Positions 11,856 to 21,332 of a DNA stretch of 64,000 bases are shown here, piece by piece. The notes beneath the pieces were generated by a model that saw nothing but the letters and a program-made list of their open reading frames with translations, made no database searches and was not told where the DNA came from. The stretch lies in the NCBI GenBank assembly GCA_049512935.1, contig JBEKWR010000005.1, positions 32,001-96,000 on the forward strand, in the 5' to 3' direction. A program made the position numbers and the translations under genes. The stretch comes from Candidatus Bathyarchaeia archaeon. Its GTDB lineage: Archaea; Thermoproteota; Bathyarchaeia; Bathyarchaeales; Bathycorpusculaceae. Every line of letters begins with the position of its first letter. The first letter of the stretch is position 1.

Positions 11856-12506
11856 TTATGGTCTCCGAAAGGTGTCCCCTGATTCCCAAAGGTCAATCGT
11901 TCCAACACATGGAGCATAGACGTTCTCAAATTCATATTGATTGCTGATCGTCCGCATGGCTGCAAAGGCACGTATGTGACTTTTTGGAAAAGCATCTACC
12001 AACCGATTTGCAGCACCTAGAAGGGTTGCTCCACGAGTAACTACATCATCGACTAACAAAATTTCTTCTGGTTTATAGAGGCTTCCTTGGACACTCATCG
12101 ATTCATAATGTTGCTCTGCAGTTGGCCTCTCACTTGGTGAACTTGATGCTGCCTTCGGCACAGGTTTAGCCCTAACGAGGAATGAGGCAACATCTTTTCC
12201 AATGCCTTTCATGACTAGGGCAGTTGCAATTCGTTGTGGGACCCATAGTGTGTTTGGCTGCATCAAAGAACTCCTTGGGACAGGAACTAAGATCGTGTTT
12301 GGTTGAAAAAATGACGCAAATGGAAGTTCAGCCATTTTTCGTTGTATTGTCTGTGCTATCCATTCTGACATCAATGTCGGTGGTGTGCCTACGAATCCGT
12401 CCCTCTTAAGTGCAAGCATAACATCCTTAGAGTGCCGTATTTCTGGGGAATCCCCATGAGGCGCGTAAGTTAAGAGTGCACCAAACTCAAGTTGAGAGAG
12501 ATTCAT
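11856..12506 (-). CDS. Phosphoribosyltransferase (ComF/ShosT-like)
   Basis: LVPVP and PRPP-binding ILLVDDVVTRGATL motifs. Confidence 0.88.
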   Translation of the reverse strand: MNLSQLEFGALLTYAPHGDSPEIRHSKDVMLALKRDGFVGTPPTLMSEWIAQTIQRKMAELPFASFFQPNTILVPVPRSSLMQPNTLWVPQRIATALVMKGIGKDVASFLVRAKPVPKAASSSPSERPTAEQHYESMSVQGSLYKPEEILLVDDVVTRGATLLGAANRLVDAFPKSHIRAFAAMRTISNQYEFENVYAPCVGTIDLWESGDTFRRP

Positions 12507-12509
12507 GTT

Positions 12510-13199
12510 TCATGGAACCACTTCAAGGATTCTTTCCCGAGAGGGTAAAACATCCAGCACTTCTTCTGGGTCTGTGAATTCTATTGCGCCATACATAGCC
12601 ATCTTTTTTGGCCAGTTCAATGAAGGGTCATGCATGATGGGACTCCAAATGAATAGCGGTCGTCCAAGCCTGAGAGCTTCCCATCCTTGATGCAGAGAAC
12701 CGCTGGCATCCCCAGCCTCAACAATAATTGAGGCATCAGAGATAAGTGCCATTGTTCGATTTCTGAGAACGAAATTCTTTGGCTGAATCGGGTATCCAAT
12801 TGGAAATTGGGAAATGATCAAGTGATGACGCATAATGACTTCTTGAAGTTGTAGGTTTTTTCGTGGGTAAACTCGATCCAATGGCGTCCCAAGAACCGCG
12901 ATTGTATGTCCACCTTCTTCAATGGCAGCTTTGTGTGCCGAAGTGTCAATTCCCTCAGCAAGCCCGCTAACAACTATTACACTATGTCTTGCAAGGGTTC
13001 TTGCAATGTTGCCAGCTGCGTTAAGACCTCTAAGAGAGGCTTTCCGTGAGCCTATGACTGCGACTCTTGGACTTGGTAATGGAATCGACAGTTGCCCTAT
13101 AACATAGAGTTCTTTTGGTGCATATTTCTTTTCCACGTCGTTCAGTGGGCCAATAAGCTCTTCGAGGCTATAAGTGGAAGTGCTTATCCCTGTTAGCAT
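12510..13199 (-). CDS. dprA: DprA/Smf-family protein (Rossmann core only)
   Basis: VAVIGSR, VSGLAEGID, AVLGT, FVLRNR, VEAGDASGSL motifs. Confidence 0.92.
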   Translation of the reverse strand: MLTGISTSTYSLEELIGPLNDVEKKYAPKELYVIGQLSIPLPSPRVAVIGSRKASLRGLNAAGNIARTLARHSVIVVSGLAEGIDTSAHKAAIEEGGHTIAVLGTPLDRVYPRKNLQLQEVIMRHHLIISQFPIGYPIQPKNFVLRNRTMALISDASIIVEAGDASGSLHQGWEALRLGRPLFIWSPIMHDPSLNWPKKMAMYGAIEFTDPEEVLDVLPSRERILEVVP

Positions 13200-13519
13200 C
13201 TCCTCATCGTCTCCCTTGAAAAACAGTGTAGTTAGTAATCTTAAGAATATTATAACACTATCGGTAGGGTTGACCGAATATCCTTTTTAAGAAAATATTG
13301 TAGAAAAAATGGAGACCTAACCTTTCATTCACATTTTGAATTGACGTTTTTCAATTGTTTTCTCCTTCCTTGGCTATTCCGCATACTTCGCTTGGGGTCT
13401 TGCCGTCTAAGGCTTCATGCGGTCGAAAGTTATTGTGGAATAGCTGATGACCTGTTAGAACGGCTTTTTCGTTCCGTGGGAATTCTGAGTTCAGGAAGCC
13501 TCAAAAAACCGAGGCAACC

Positions 13520-14119
13520 TCAATTTGTTTTGAAGAGTGGGAGGCTTTTGCGTTTCTTGAAGACCGCGCAAGCCGCTAGACAGGCTGCTAATGCGAGGAA
13601 ACCGCCCAAAGCGTACTCGGGAAGCGGAAATGTAATGCCGCCGCCCATGACAAAGCCGTTAACGTCAATTCCTGAGTAAGCGGTGTATGACTGCCCCGCA
13701 GCAAGCGTTAAACTCCAGGTCTTTGGACTCCATACATCAGCACCATTATAATCAAGGTGCGTTACTGTTAGCGTAACACTTCCGCCTGAAGGGTCGAATA
13801 CTTCAACATTGAAGTTGTGCCCGCCGCCTTCAAATCCATTATCGGCCCACAGTTGGACTTCTTGAGGGCTTATCACGAATGCATAAACATTAGAACCATC
13901 ATCAGCAGGATAGGTATTGGTGCTTGTAGAGGGCGAGGTATAGCCTGCTTGGTAGCCATTGTCAGGATCGATTACAAGGATGTAGGCGTTGGCGGAATCA
14001 ACTTTAATATCAACCATCTAATGAGGAACCGCTGCTTTGACTTCGCCTGCCAAAAAAGGCACAGCTAACAACAAAACTATCACGGTTAGAGTTGCAAATA
14101 GACCAGTTGTTTTCCTCGT
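13520..14119 (-). pseudogene. Secreted protein with PEF-CTERM-like anchor, interrupted by an in-frame TAG after the signal peptide
   Basis: One frame reads (T)RKTTGLFATLTVIVLLLAVPFLAGEVKAAVPH*MVDIKVD...; TAG at 14018-14020; C-terminus LPEYALGGFLALAACLAACAVFKKRK. Confidence 0.65.
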
Positions 14120-14254
14120 TTCTTTCCTCTCCTCGTAATCAAGTGAAATGTCTTTGCTTATAAAACAATATGAAGCAAAACTGTTTGTTTTCTATGTGCC
14201 AACGTATGCAAACTTATCAAGATAAAACGACGAAGCCCTAAACCATGGAAAAGG

Positions 14255-14788
14255 TTAACGGGGTAAGATTTGCTCCATTAGGATTCTGTCGGCGTAGGTT
14301 CCGTCCGCGAACTTGATGTCGCGCTTTAGTTTTCCGCATTTTTTGAAGCCACATTTTCTGTAAACGTGCACCGCCCGCTTGTTGTTGGAGAAAGCGGAAA
14401 GCTGAATGGTTTCGAAATGGCTTTTCTTGGCGATTTCGATGAACACTTTTAGGATGAGTGTTCCAAGCCCCATGTTGCGGTGGCTTTCAACTATAGAGAT
14501 GCCGAATTCCGCGACGTGTGCTCTTTTGCCTGTGAAAGGCGTCATGCCTGCGCTGCCGACTACTTTACCGTCTACTCTGACGACAAGAGAGCGCATTCCA
14601 GCTTCCTGGCTTTCCCTGAACCAGCGTCGCTCCGCTTCCATGTCGGTTAGTTCCTTGTCCATCAGCAGGTACTTGTCTTCCCGAATCACGCTGTTGAGCG
14701 CCTCCATCACCTCGGGCAGGTCGCCCTCTTCCAGCCAACTCAATGACGCCGTCTGCCCATTTCTCAAAGTCACGGTTTTGTACAGCAA
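14255..14788 (-). CDS. GNAT family N-acetyltransferase
   Basis: EFGISIVESHRNMGLGT and NKRAVHVYRKCGF motifs. Confidence 0.92.
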   Translation of the reverse strand: MLYKTVTLRNGQTASLSWLEEGDLPEVMEALNSVIREDKYLLMDKELTDMEAERRWFRESQEAGMRSLVVRVDGKVVGSAGMTPFTGKRAHVAEFGISIVESHRNMGLGTLILKVFIEIAKKSHFETIQLSAFSNNKRAVHVYRKCGFKKCGKLKRDIKFADGTYADRILMEQILPR

Positions 14789-14853
14789 GGGATTTCACGG
14801 CTCTATCTATTGCAAGGATTCATTGATAAAACATTGCGTGCCAACCAGCCTCG

Positions 14854-15138
14854 CTACGCTGGTTCAAGCGTTACTTCCGCCACGTAGCCAGCCAGGCTTG
14901 CCCCTTCAGCCGCGAAGAGGCCCCGCACCAGCTTGGGTATGGTTATTCTTCCGTTTTTGTTCATTTTTGCGTAAAAAAACTGCCAGCCTTTGTGCAGGTC
15001 TAAAAAGTTTACGCCGACTTTCAGCGCCTGGTCAGACTCCAACTTGAAGCGCCAGCGAATTAGCTTGGGGATCTGCACTGTGTTTGTGGTTTGGAGGGCT
15101 GCGGTGAAGGTGACTTTTTCTGTTAGCGGCATATGCAT
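14854..15138 (-). CDS. Tandem AbrB/MazE-like swapped-hairpin protein
   Basis: Two internal repeats VQIPKLIR and GRITIPKLVR. Confidence 0.7.
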   Translation of the reverse strand: MHMPLTEKVTFTAALQTTNTVQIPKLIRWRFKLESDQALKVGVNFLDLHKGWQFFYAKMNKNGRITIPKLVRGLFAAEGASLAGYVAEVTLEPA

Positions 15139-15180
15139 CGTGCAGTATTCTCTTCGGCGAAGGCGTTAATAAACGCTGAC

Positions 15181-15335
15181 CAACGCTAATCCACGGGATT
15201 CAACGGGAAAACACGGGAAACAACGGGAACCCACGGGATTCAACGGGAAAAAACGTGACCTGCCAACCCAGCAAACCCCAAACCAAAAAAGCAACCCAAA
15301 ACAAACCCAACAAAAACCAGACGCAAAACCGCCCA
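15181..15335 (+). repeat. 10-bp-period ACGGGA array plus C/A-rich tail (dispersed element, copy 1)
   Basis: Eight phased decamers at 15181-15260 (e.g. ccacgggatt caacgggaaa acacgggaaa caacgggaac), then caaaccccaaaccaaaaaagcaacccaaaac. Confidence 0.85.
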
Positions 15336-15352
15336 GAAACCCATCGAGCCCT

Positions 15353-18300
15353 CTACCACATCTTCCAGGGCAAGTCATCCATGTACTCGTTGAGCGAGCG
15401 AATCGAGTTGCCGTTCTCGCTTTTATGCTTAAGCACATCCACCAGGGCAGCCGCCAACTGCAGGTTAGTTATAACCGGCACGTTGAACTCTACTGCTTGA
15501 CGCCGAATGATGTAGCCGTCAGTCAAGATATCGCTGTAACTGGTCTGCTTGTTAGCCATCGGCACATTAATCACCAAGTCAATCTTACGCTCCTGCAAAT
15601 AATCCAACACATTAGGAGAAACCCCAGCCTCCTTAACCTTAAAAAGCTTCACAGCAGCAACCCCCGACGCGTTAAGCACGTCAGCCGTATGATCCGTCGC
15701 GTAAATCTTGAAGCCCATGTCGACAAAAGCCCGCGCTATCGGCACAACCCGCCTCTTGCGTTCAATACTACCGCCGACGCTGATGAAAACCACACCGTCC
15801 CTGTCCGGGATACTGAACTCCGCCGAACGCAAAGCCTTACTGAAAGCATCCGAAAAGTTCTCACCCAAACATGCAACCTCACCAGTGCTAAGCATTTCAA
15901 CTCCGAGGACAGGATCGGCGCCGCTCAAACGCATGAAACTGAACTGCGGAACCTTCACGCCCACGTGATTAGCCACCGTCATAGGCGACAGCTTCACATC
16001 AATCTTCTTGCCAAGCATCGCCAAAGTCGCCAGCTCAATCAGGTTTACTCCCCGGGTTTTGCTGACAAACGGCATCGACCGCGACGCCCGCAAGTTACAT
16101 TCGATAACGTTAACCACGTCATCCTTAACCAAGTACTGAATGTTGTATGGCCCATGGATCTTGAGCGCCTTAACGATGCGCTGCGTGCAATCCTCAATTT
16201 TCTGCTGAACCTCAATCTTCAACGCCTGAGGAGGAATAGTCATGGTCGCGTCGCCGCTGTGAACACCAGCGTACTCCACATGCTCCATTATCGCGCCGAT
16301 AAACACGTTCTCCCCGTCAGAGACACCGTCCACCTCAACTTCCTTGGCGTGCTCAATGAACTTGCTGATTACAACAGGATGGTCACGCGAAACTTTCGCA
16401 GCCAGCTTTAAGAAGTTCTCAAGCGACTCCGCATTATAAGCCACACGCATCGCCGAACCAGACAGCACATAGCTCGGACGCACAATAACGGGGTAACCTA
16501 TTTTCTCCGCAAACCGCTTAGCCTCACCGATCGACAGAAGCTTACTCCAGCTTGGCTGGCAAATCTGGAGCTGATCAAGCAGCGCACTGAACTTGGAGCG
16601 GTCTTCAGCCAAATCAACGTTTTCAGCTGACGTGCCGAGCAGTTTGACGCCTGCTTCCGAAAGCCCCATGGCGAGGTTGTTTGGAATCTGACCGCCGACG
16701 CTGGTTATGACGCCCATCGGGTTCTCTTTCTCGTAGATGTCCAAGATCCGCTCGATGGTAAGCTCCTCGAAGTAGAGTTTGTCTGAAACATCGTAATCCG
16801 TTGAGACTGTCTCAGGGTTGTAGTTGACCATGATGGCTTCTTGAATGCCGTTCTTCTTGAGCGCCCAAATCGTGTTGACGCCGCACCAGTCAAACTCCAC
16901 GCTTGAGCCTATCCTGAAGACCCCAGCGCCTAAAACAATAACTTTGCTTATACCACTTTTGAGTTCGATGTCGTCCTCGTCTCCGCCGTAGGTGAGATAG
17001 AGGTAGTTCGTTTTCGCCGGCCACTCAGCCGCCAACGTATCGATCTGCTTGATGACAGGAAGTATGTTCGCGTTTTTCCTAAATGTTCTGATCGTGGATT
17101 CATCAGTGTTCTGGCACACGGCTATTTGCTCGTCTGAGAAGCCAATGCGTTTGGCTTCCCGAACGACTTCAGCAGCGCAGCCGTCGCCAAGGTTTAACTG
17201 CCTGAGTTCCTTTTCCATGTCTATGATGTTTTGAATCTTGTTTAGGAAAAAGGGGTCTACGCCGCTTAAACGGTAAATTTCAGCGATAGGTATTCCCATC
17301 TTTAAGGCTTTAACAATCTTGTAGAGACGCTCGTCAGTAGGGTTCGCAAGCACGTCGCGAATTCTCGCTTCTGACTCTGGCTCTGAATCTTCAGGGTTGC
17401 AAACCAAGCCTATCTTGCCCGTATCCAACATGCGAACGGCTTTCTGCAGCGCCTCTTCGAAACAGCGGCCGATCGACATTACTTCGCCTACAGAACGCAT
17501 CTGAGGACCAACATGGCGGTCAGCGTTCTTGAACTTCTGCAGGTCCCACCGCGGAATCTTTACGGTTATGTAGTCTAAGGCTGGTTCGAAGCAGGCGGTT
17601 GTAACTTCAGTCACTTTGTTGATGAGCTCAGGCAGCAAATAGCCCAACGTCAGCTTCGTCGCTATGTAAGCCAACGGGTACCCAGTCACTTTGCTGGCCA
17701 AGGCGCTGCTTCGGGACATTCGCGAGTTAACTTCGATTACACGATACTCTTCAGACTTCGGATGCAGAGCCCACTGAATGTTGCATTCGCCCACGATGCC
17801 TAAAGCGCGGATAGCATTTATCGACGTTGAACGGATAAGATGATACTCCCTGTTAGACAATGTCTGCGACGGCGCAACCACTATTGAGTCGCCCGTGTGC
17901 ACACCCATCGGGTCGAAGTTTTCCATGTTGCAGACGGTTAAGCAGTTGTCCGCGTAGTCCCGCATAACCTCGTACTCGACTTCTTTCCAGTGCCCAACAT
18001 ACTCCTCGATGAGAACTTGGCAGATTCTGCTTTGAGCCAAACCGCGAGTTGCCACTTCTTTCAGTTCTTCACAGTTATGGGCTACACCCGCCCCCTTGCC
18101 GCCGAGAGTGTAGGCAACCCGAACTATGACTGGGTAACCAATCTCGTTAGCCACGTCCAAGGCTTGCTGGACGCTTGTGGCTGACTTGCTATTCAACGGC
18201 GGAACATTTGCCTTAAGCATTGCTTGGCGGAAGCGTTCGCGGTCACCTGTGTCTTCTATTGAGTGTATGGGTGTGCCTAAAACTTTGCAGTTGTACTTTT

Positions 18301-18625
18301 GCAAGATGCCTTTTTTCTCAAGTTCCACGCCGCAGTTCAAGGCAGTTTGTCCGCCGAAGCCTAACAAGATGCCGTCGGGACGTTCTTTTTCGATGACTTT
18401 CTCAACGTATTCAGGAGTAACGGGTAAAAGGTAAACTTTGCCTGACAGGCGCGGGTCAGTCTGGATAGTCGCGATGTTTGGGTTAACCAAAACGGTTTCT
18501 ATGCCCTCTTCCTTCAAAGCCTTGAGGCATTGGCTGCCTGAATAGTCAAATTCGGCTGCTTCACCGATCTTTATGGCGCCGCTGCCGAGAACCAGCACCT
18601 TCTTTATCCAGTCGAACTTTGGCAT
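15353..18625 (-). CDS. carB: Carbamoyl-phosphate synthase large subunit
   Basis: GSGAIKIGEAAEFDYSG, duplicated ATP-grasp halves, C-terminal MGS domain. Confidence 0.98.
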   Translation of the reverse strand: MPKFDWIKKVLVLGSGAIKIGEAAEFDYSGSQCLKALKEEGIETVLVNPNIATIQTDPRLSGKVYLLPVTPEYVEKVIEKERPDGILLGFGGQTALNCGVELEKKGILQKYNCKVLGTPIHSIEDTGDRERFRQAMLKANVPPLNSKSATSVQQALDVANEIGYPVIVRVAYTLGGKGAGVAHNCEELKEVATRGLAQSRICQVLIEEYVGHWKEVEYEVMRDYADNCLTVCNMENFDPMGVHTGDSIVVAPSQTLSNREYHLIRSTSINAIRALGIVGECNIQWALHPKSEEYRVIEVNSRMSRSSALASKVTGYPLAYIATKLTLGYLLPELINKVTEVTTACFEPALDYITVKIPRWDLQKFKNADRHVGPQMRSVGEVMSIGRCFEEALQKAVRMLDTGKIGLVCNPEDSEPESEARIRDVLANPTDERLYKIVKALKMGIPIAEIYRLSGVDPFFLNKIQNIIDMEKELRQLNLGDGCAAEVVREAKRIGFSDEQIAVCQNTDESTIRTFRKNANILPVIKQIDTLAAEWPAKTNYLYLTYGGDEDDIELKSGISKVIVLGAGVFRIGSSVEFDWCGVNTIWALKKNGIQEAIMVNYNPETVSTDYDVSDKLYFEELTIERILDIYEKENPMGVITSVGGQIPNNLAMGLSEAGVKLLGTSAENVDLAEDRSKFSALLDQLQICQPSWSKLLSIGEAKRFAEKIGYPVIVRPSYVLSGSAMRVAYNAESLENFLKLAAKVSRDHPVVISKFIEHAKEVEVDGVSDGENVFIGAIMEHVEYAGVHSGDATMTIPPQALKIEVQQKIEDCTQRIVKALKIHGPYNIQYLVKDDVVNVIECNLRASRSMPFVSKTRGVNLIELATLAMLGKKIDVKLSPMTVANHVGVKVPQFSFMRLSGADPVLGVEMLSTGEVACLGENFSDAFSKALRSAEFSIPDRDGVVFISVGGSIERKRRVVPIARAFVDMGFKIYATDHTADVLNASGVAAVKLFKVKEAGVSPNVLDYLQERKIDLVINVPMANKQTSYSDILTDGYIIRRQAVEFNVPVITNLQLAAALVDVLKHKSENGNSIRSLNEYMDDLPWKMW

Positions 18626-19783
18626 CTATGGAGCCTCCATTGTTTTTGCGAATTTGTCAAACAACATTTCGGTGTCGTATGGTCCCGGCGAGGCTTCTGG
18701 GTGCCATTGCACTGCAAAGACAGGTTTGGTTTTGTGCTTGATACCTTCTGAGGTTTTGTCGTTAGCGTTAAGGAACCATGGCTCCAACGGAGTTTTCTTT
18801 AGAGAATCGACGTCTACGGCGTAACCGTGATTTTGCGTAGTTATGTAACAGCGTTGACTGTTCAGGTCCAAGGCTGGCTGGTTTTGGGCTCGGTGACCAA
18901 ATTTTAACTTGTAAGTGTCTCCGCCTAACGCCAAGGCTAATATTTGGGCTCCAAGGCAGATGCCCATGAACGGAACTTTATCAACAACTTCGCGGACGCA
19001 CTCGATGGTTTTCTCACATTTCTTCGGGTCGCCTGGACCATTGCTTAAAAAGACGCCGTCAGGGTTGTAAGCCAAGACTTCGCTGGCTGAAGCGTCATAG
19101 GGCACGCGAACAACGTTTATGCCCCGTTTAAGCAAATTGCGGATAATGCTGTTTTTTACTCCGCAGTCGATTAAGACCACGGTTTTTTTGCCGTCAGCAT
19201 TGTACTTGACGGGTTGTTTCACGGACACTTCCTTAACCAAATCTGTCAAGTTAGGGTCAGCAATGTTTTTGCCACTCTTTAAAACCGCTTCCAAATCAGG
19301 CTCTTCACCTGCATCGAAAACCTGCAGAACCCCAAGCATTACGCCGTGAGTTCTCAGCTTCTTTGTGAGGCGCCGTGTGTCGACGCCGTATATTCCTGGA
19401 ACGCCTTCGTCAAGCAGCCACTTGTCCAAGGTTCTTGTTGACGCCCAATGGAACGGTTCAAGACATAACTCGTGAATAACTAAGCCTTGCACTTGAATGT
19501 GGTCTGACTCGAAGTAAAGAGGTAAACCCAGATTCAACTCGTTTGATGGAACGCCATAGTTGCCTATAAGCGGATAAGTTAAGGTTAAAACTTGCCCCTT
19601 GTATGACGGGTCAGTAAGCGCTTCTGGATAGCCAACCATCTGAGTTGAAAAAACCACTTCACCTGAAATTTTCCCTGTCGCACCAAAACCATTGCCGAGA
19701 AATGACGTTCCGTCCTCAAGAACTAGAATCGCTTTTTTGCTTTTTGCGGACGTGCTATGTTGTGGGACCAAAGCCCTATTCAA
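18626..19783 (-). CDS. carA: Carbamoyl-phosphate synthase small subunit
   Basis: TDPSYKGQ, SNGPGDP, GICLG, QWHPEASPGP motifs. Confidence 0.98.
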   Translation of the reverse strand: MNRALVPQHSTSAKSKKAILVLEDGTSFLGNGFGATGKISGEVVFSTQMVGYPEALTDPSYKGQVLTLTYPLIGNYGVPSNELNLGLPLYFESDHIQVQGLVIHELCLEPFHWASTRTLDKWLLDEGVPGIYGVDTRRLTKKLRTHGVMLGVLQVFDAGEEPDLEAVLKSGKNIADPNLTDLVKEVSVKQPVKYNADGKKTVVLIDCGVKNSIIRNLLKRGINVVRVPYDASASEVLAYNPDGVFLSNGPGDPKKCEKTIECVREVVDKVPFMGICLGAQILALALGGDTYKLKFGHRAQNQPALDLNSQRCYITTQNHGYAVDVDSLKKTPLEPWFLNANDKTSEGIKHKTKPVFAVQWHPEASPGPYDTEMLFDKFAKTMEAP

Positions 19784-19784
19784 C

Positions 19785-21302
19785 CTATAAGTTTGGATTT
19801 TTAAATCTTACGTTTTCAGTCACGGGCAACTCTGAAGTGGCGTAGGATTCAACGACCTCTTTGAGTTTCCTTTGTGCATCTTCAAGGTTGTTTTTAAGCT
19901 TAACTATGGTACTTTTCGCATCCGCCATGTTTTTACTGCATGTTTTGATGGCTCTTTCAACCTCGACGGGTGAAGGACCACCCAGCACTTTATATGTTTC
20001 GACAAGTTTGCGCGGATTCGCGCAATCCACTATGTCGCCTATTTTAACCGATAATTTTACGCCTGCAGCTTCCTGAGCTACCTTCTGCAACAGCTCTGGC
20101 GTCGCATCCAGCAAGGTTTGGTGGGAATCGACCAAGGACTTCACGAGAGCGCCGACTATTTTATGTGAGGTTCTGAAAGCAACTTTATGCTTTCGCACAA
20201 GCATGTTAGCAAGCTCAGTTGCGCCGACGAAACCTGCCGCCGCCTTGCTTTCAACGTTTGACGAGACCTTCAGGTTGGGGATAAGAGCGGCAAATATGCC
20301 AAGAGAACTGGACAGATCGTCGATTGAAGCCCAAAGCTTTGGTGTCACTTCTTGAAAATCAAGATTGTACACTGTTGGCAGGCTTTTTATCGCGGCTGCT
20401 GAAGCTACAAAGTTGCCGAGCACGTAGCTGGCTCTTGCGCGGATTACTTCGAGCGCCTCGGGATTCTTTTTTTGCGGCATGATGCTGCTCGTTGACGCGA
20501 AATCGTCGGGCAACTCAACGGTGCCGAATTCTTGTGAACTCCAAATGATCAAGTCCTCAGCCAAACGGCTCAAGTTCACCGCTAGCAACGTGAGTGCAGA
20601 TTGGGTTTCCAGGATGAAGTCTCGGCTGCCGACCGCGTCAATCGAGTTCGCCAACACTGAATTGAAGCCTAAGAGCTCAGCTGTTCTCTCGCGGTTTATG
20701 GGAAAACTTGTTGTTGCCAATGCGCCAGCGCCGAGAGGGCTCTGGTTAACCCGTTCATAAGCACCCAGTAGCCGAGCCAAGTCGCGTTCTAAAGCTTGAG
20801 CGTACGATAACAGATAATGGGCGAACGTTACTGGCTGCGCTGCCTGGAGGTGCGTGTACTCCAAAATGACTGTGTCGAGATTTTTGGAGGCGGTTTCCAG
20901 AAGGCTTTTCTCCATCTGGAGCGCCTGAAGCATCAGCGCGACAAGTTCGGTTCGAAGTTGCATCCGTATGGCTGTCGTGACCTGGTCGTTTCTGCTTTTT
21001 GCTATGTGAAGGTTGCCGCCGACTTCAGGTCCTGTTTCGCTGAGGACGGCTTCTTCAACTGCCATGTGAACGTCTTCAGCCTCAGGGTCAAGAGGGACGC
21101 CTTCCAGTTTTTGGAGGGCTCTTAGGATTTTTGCTCCGTCTTTCTGCTGAATTATTTTCTGTTCAATAAGCATCGCAACGTGGGCTTTGTTGATGTCGAC
21201 GACACTTGAGGCTAAGCGTTCATCATCCTTTCGAGAAGAAGTAAACTTGGCTACGTCTTCACGCACAGACGAAAGCCGCCCGCCATGCAGTATCTTCGAC
21301 AC
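19785..21302 (-). CDS. argH: Argininosuccinate lyase
   Basis: SRNDQV, YTHLQAAQP, SSIMPQKKNP motifs. Confidence 0.97.
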   Translation of the reverse strand: MSKILHGGRLSSVREDVAKFTSSRKDDERLASSVVDINKAHVAMLIEQKIIQQKDGAKILRALQKLEGVPLDPEAEDVHMAVEEAVLSETGPEVGGNLHIAKSRNDQVTTAIRMQLRTELVALMLQALQMEKSLLETASKNLDTVILEYTHLQAAQPVTFAHYLLSYAQALERDLARLLGAYERVNQSPLGAGALATTSFPINRERTAELLGFNSVLANSIDAVGSRDFILETQSALTLLAVNLSRLAEDLIIWSSQEFGTVELPDDFASTSSIMPQKKNPEALEVIRARASYVLGNFVASAAAIKSLPTVYNLDFQEVTPKLWASIDDLSSSLGIFAALIPNLKVSSNVESKAAAGFVGATELANMLVRKHKVAFRTSHKIVGALVKSLVDSHQTLLDATPELLQKVAQEAAGVKLSVKIGDIVDCANPRKLVETYKVLGGPSPVEVERAIKTCSKNMADAKSTIVKLKNNLEDAQRKLKEVVESYATSELPVTENVRFKNPNL

Positions 21303-21332
21303 GAACTTTATCCTCCGTTTTCAGCGCCTTGT

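Noticed and set aside
15425-16411. Long antisense ORFs (also 9617-10459, 14406-15047, 36205-36813)
   Set aside because: They are shadows of well-supported genes on the opposite strand.
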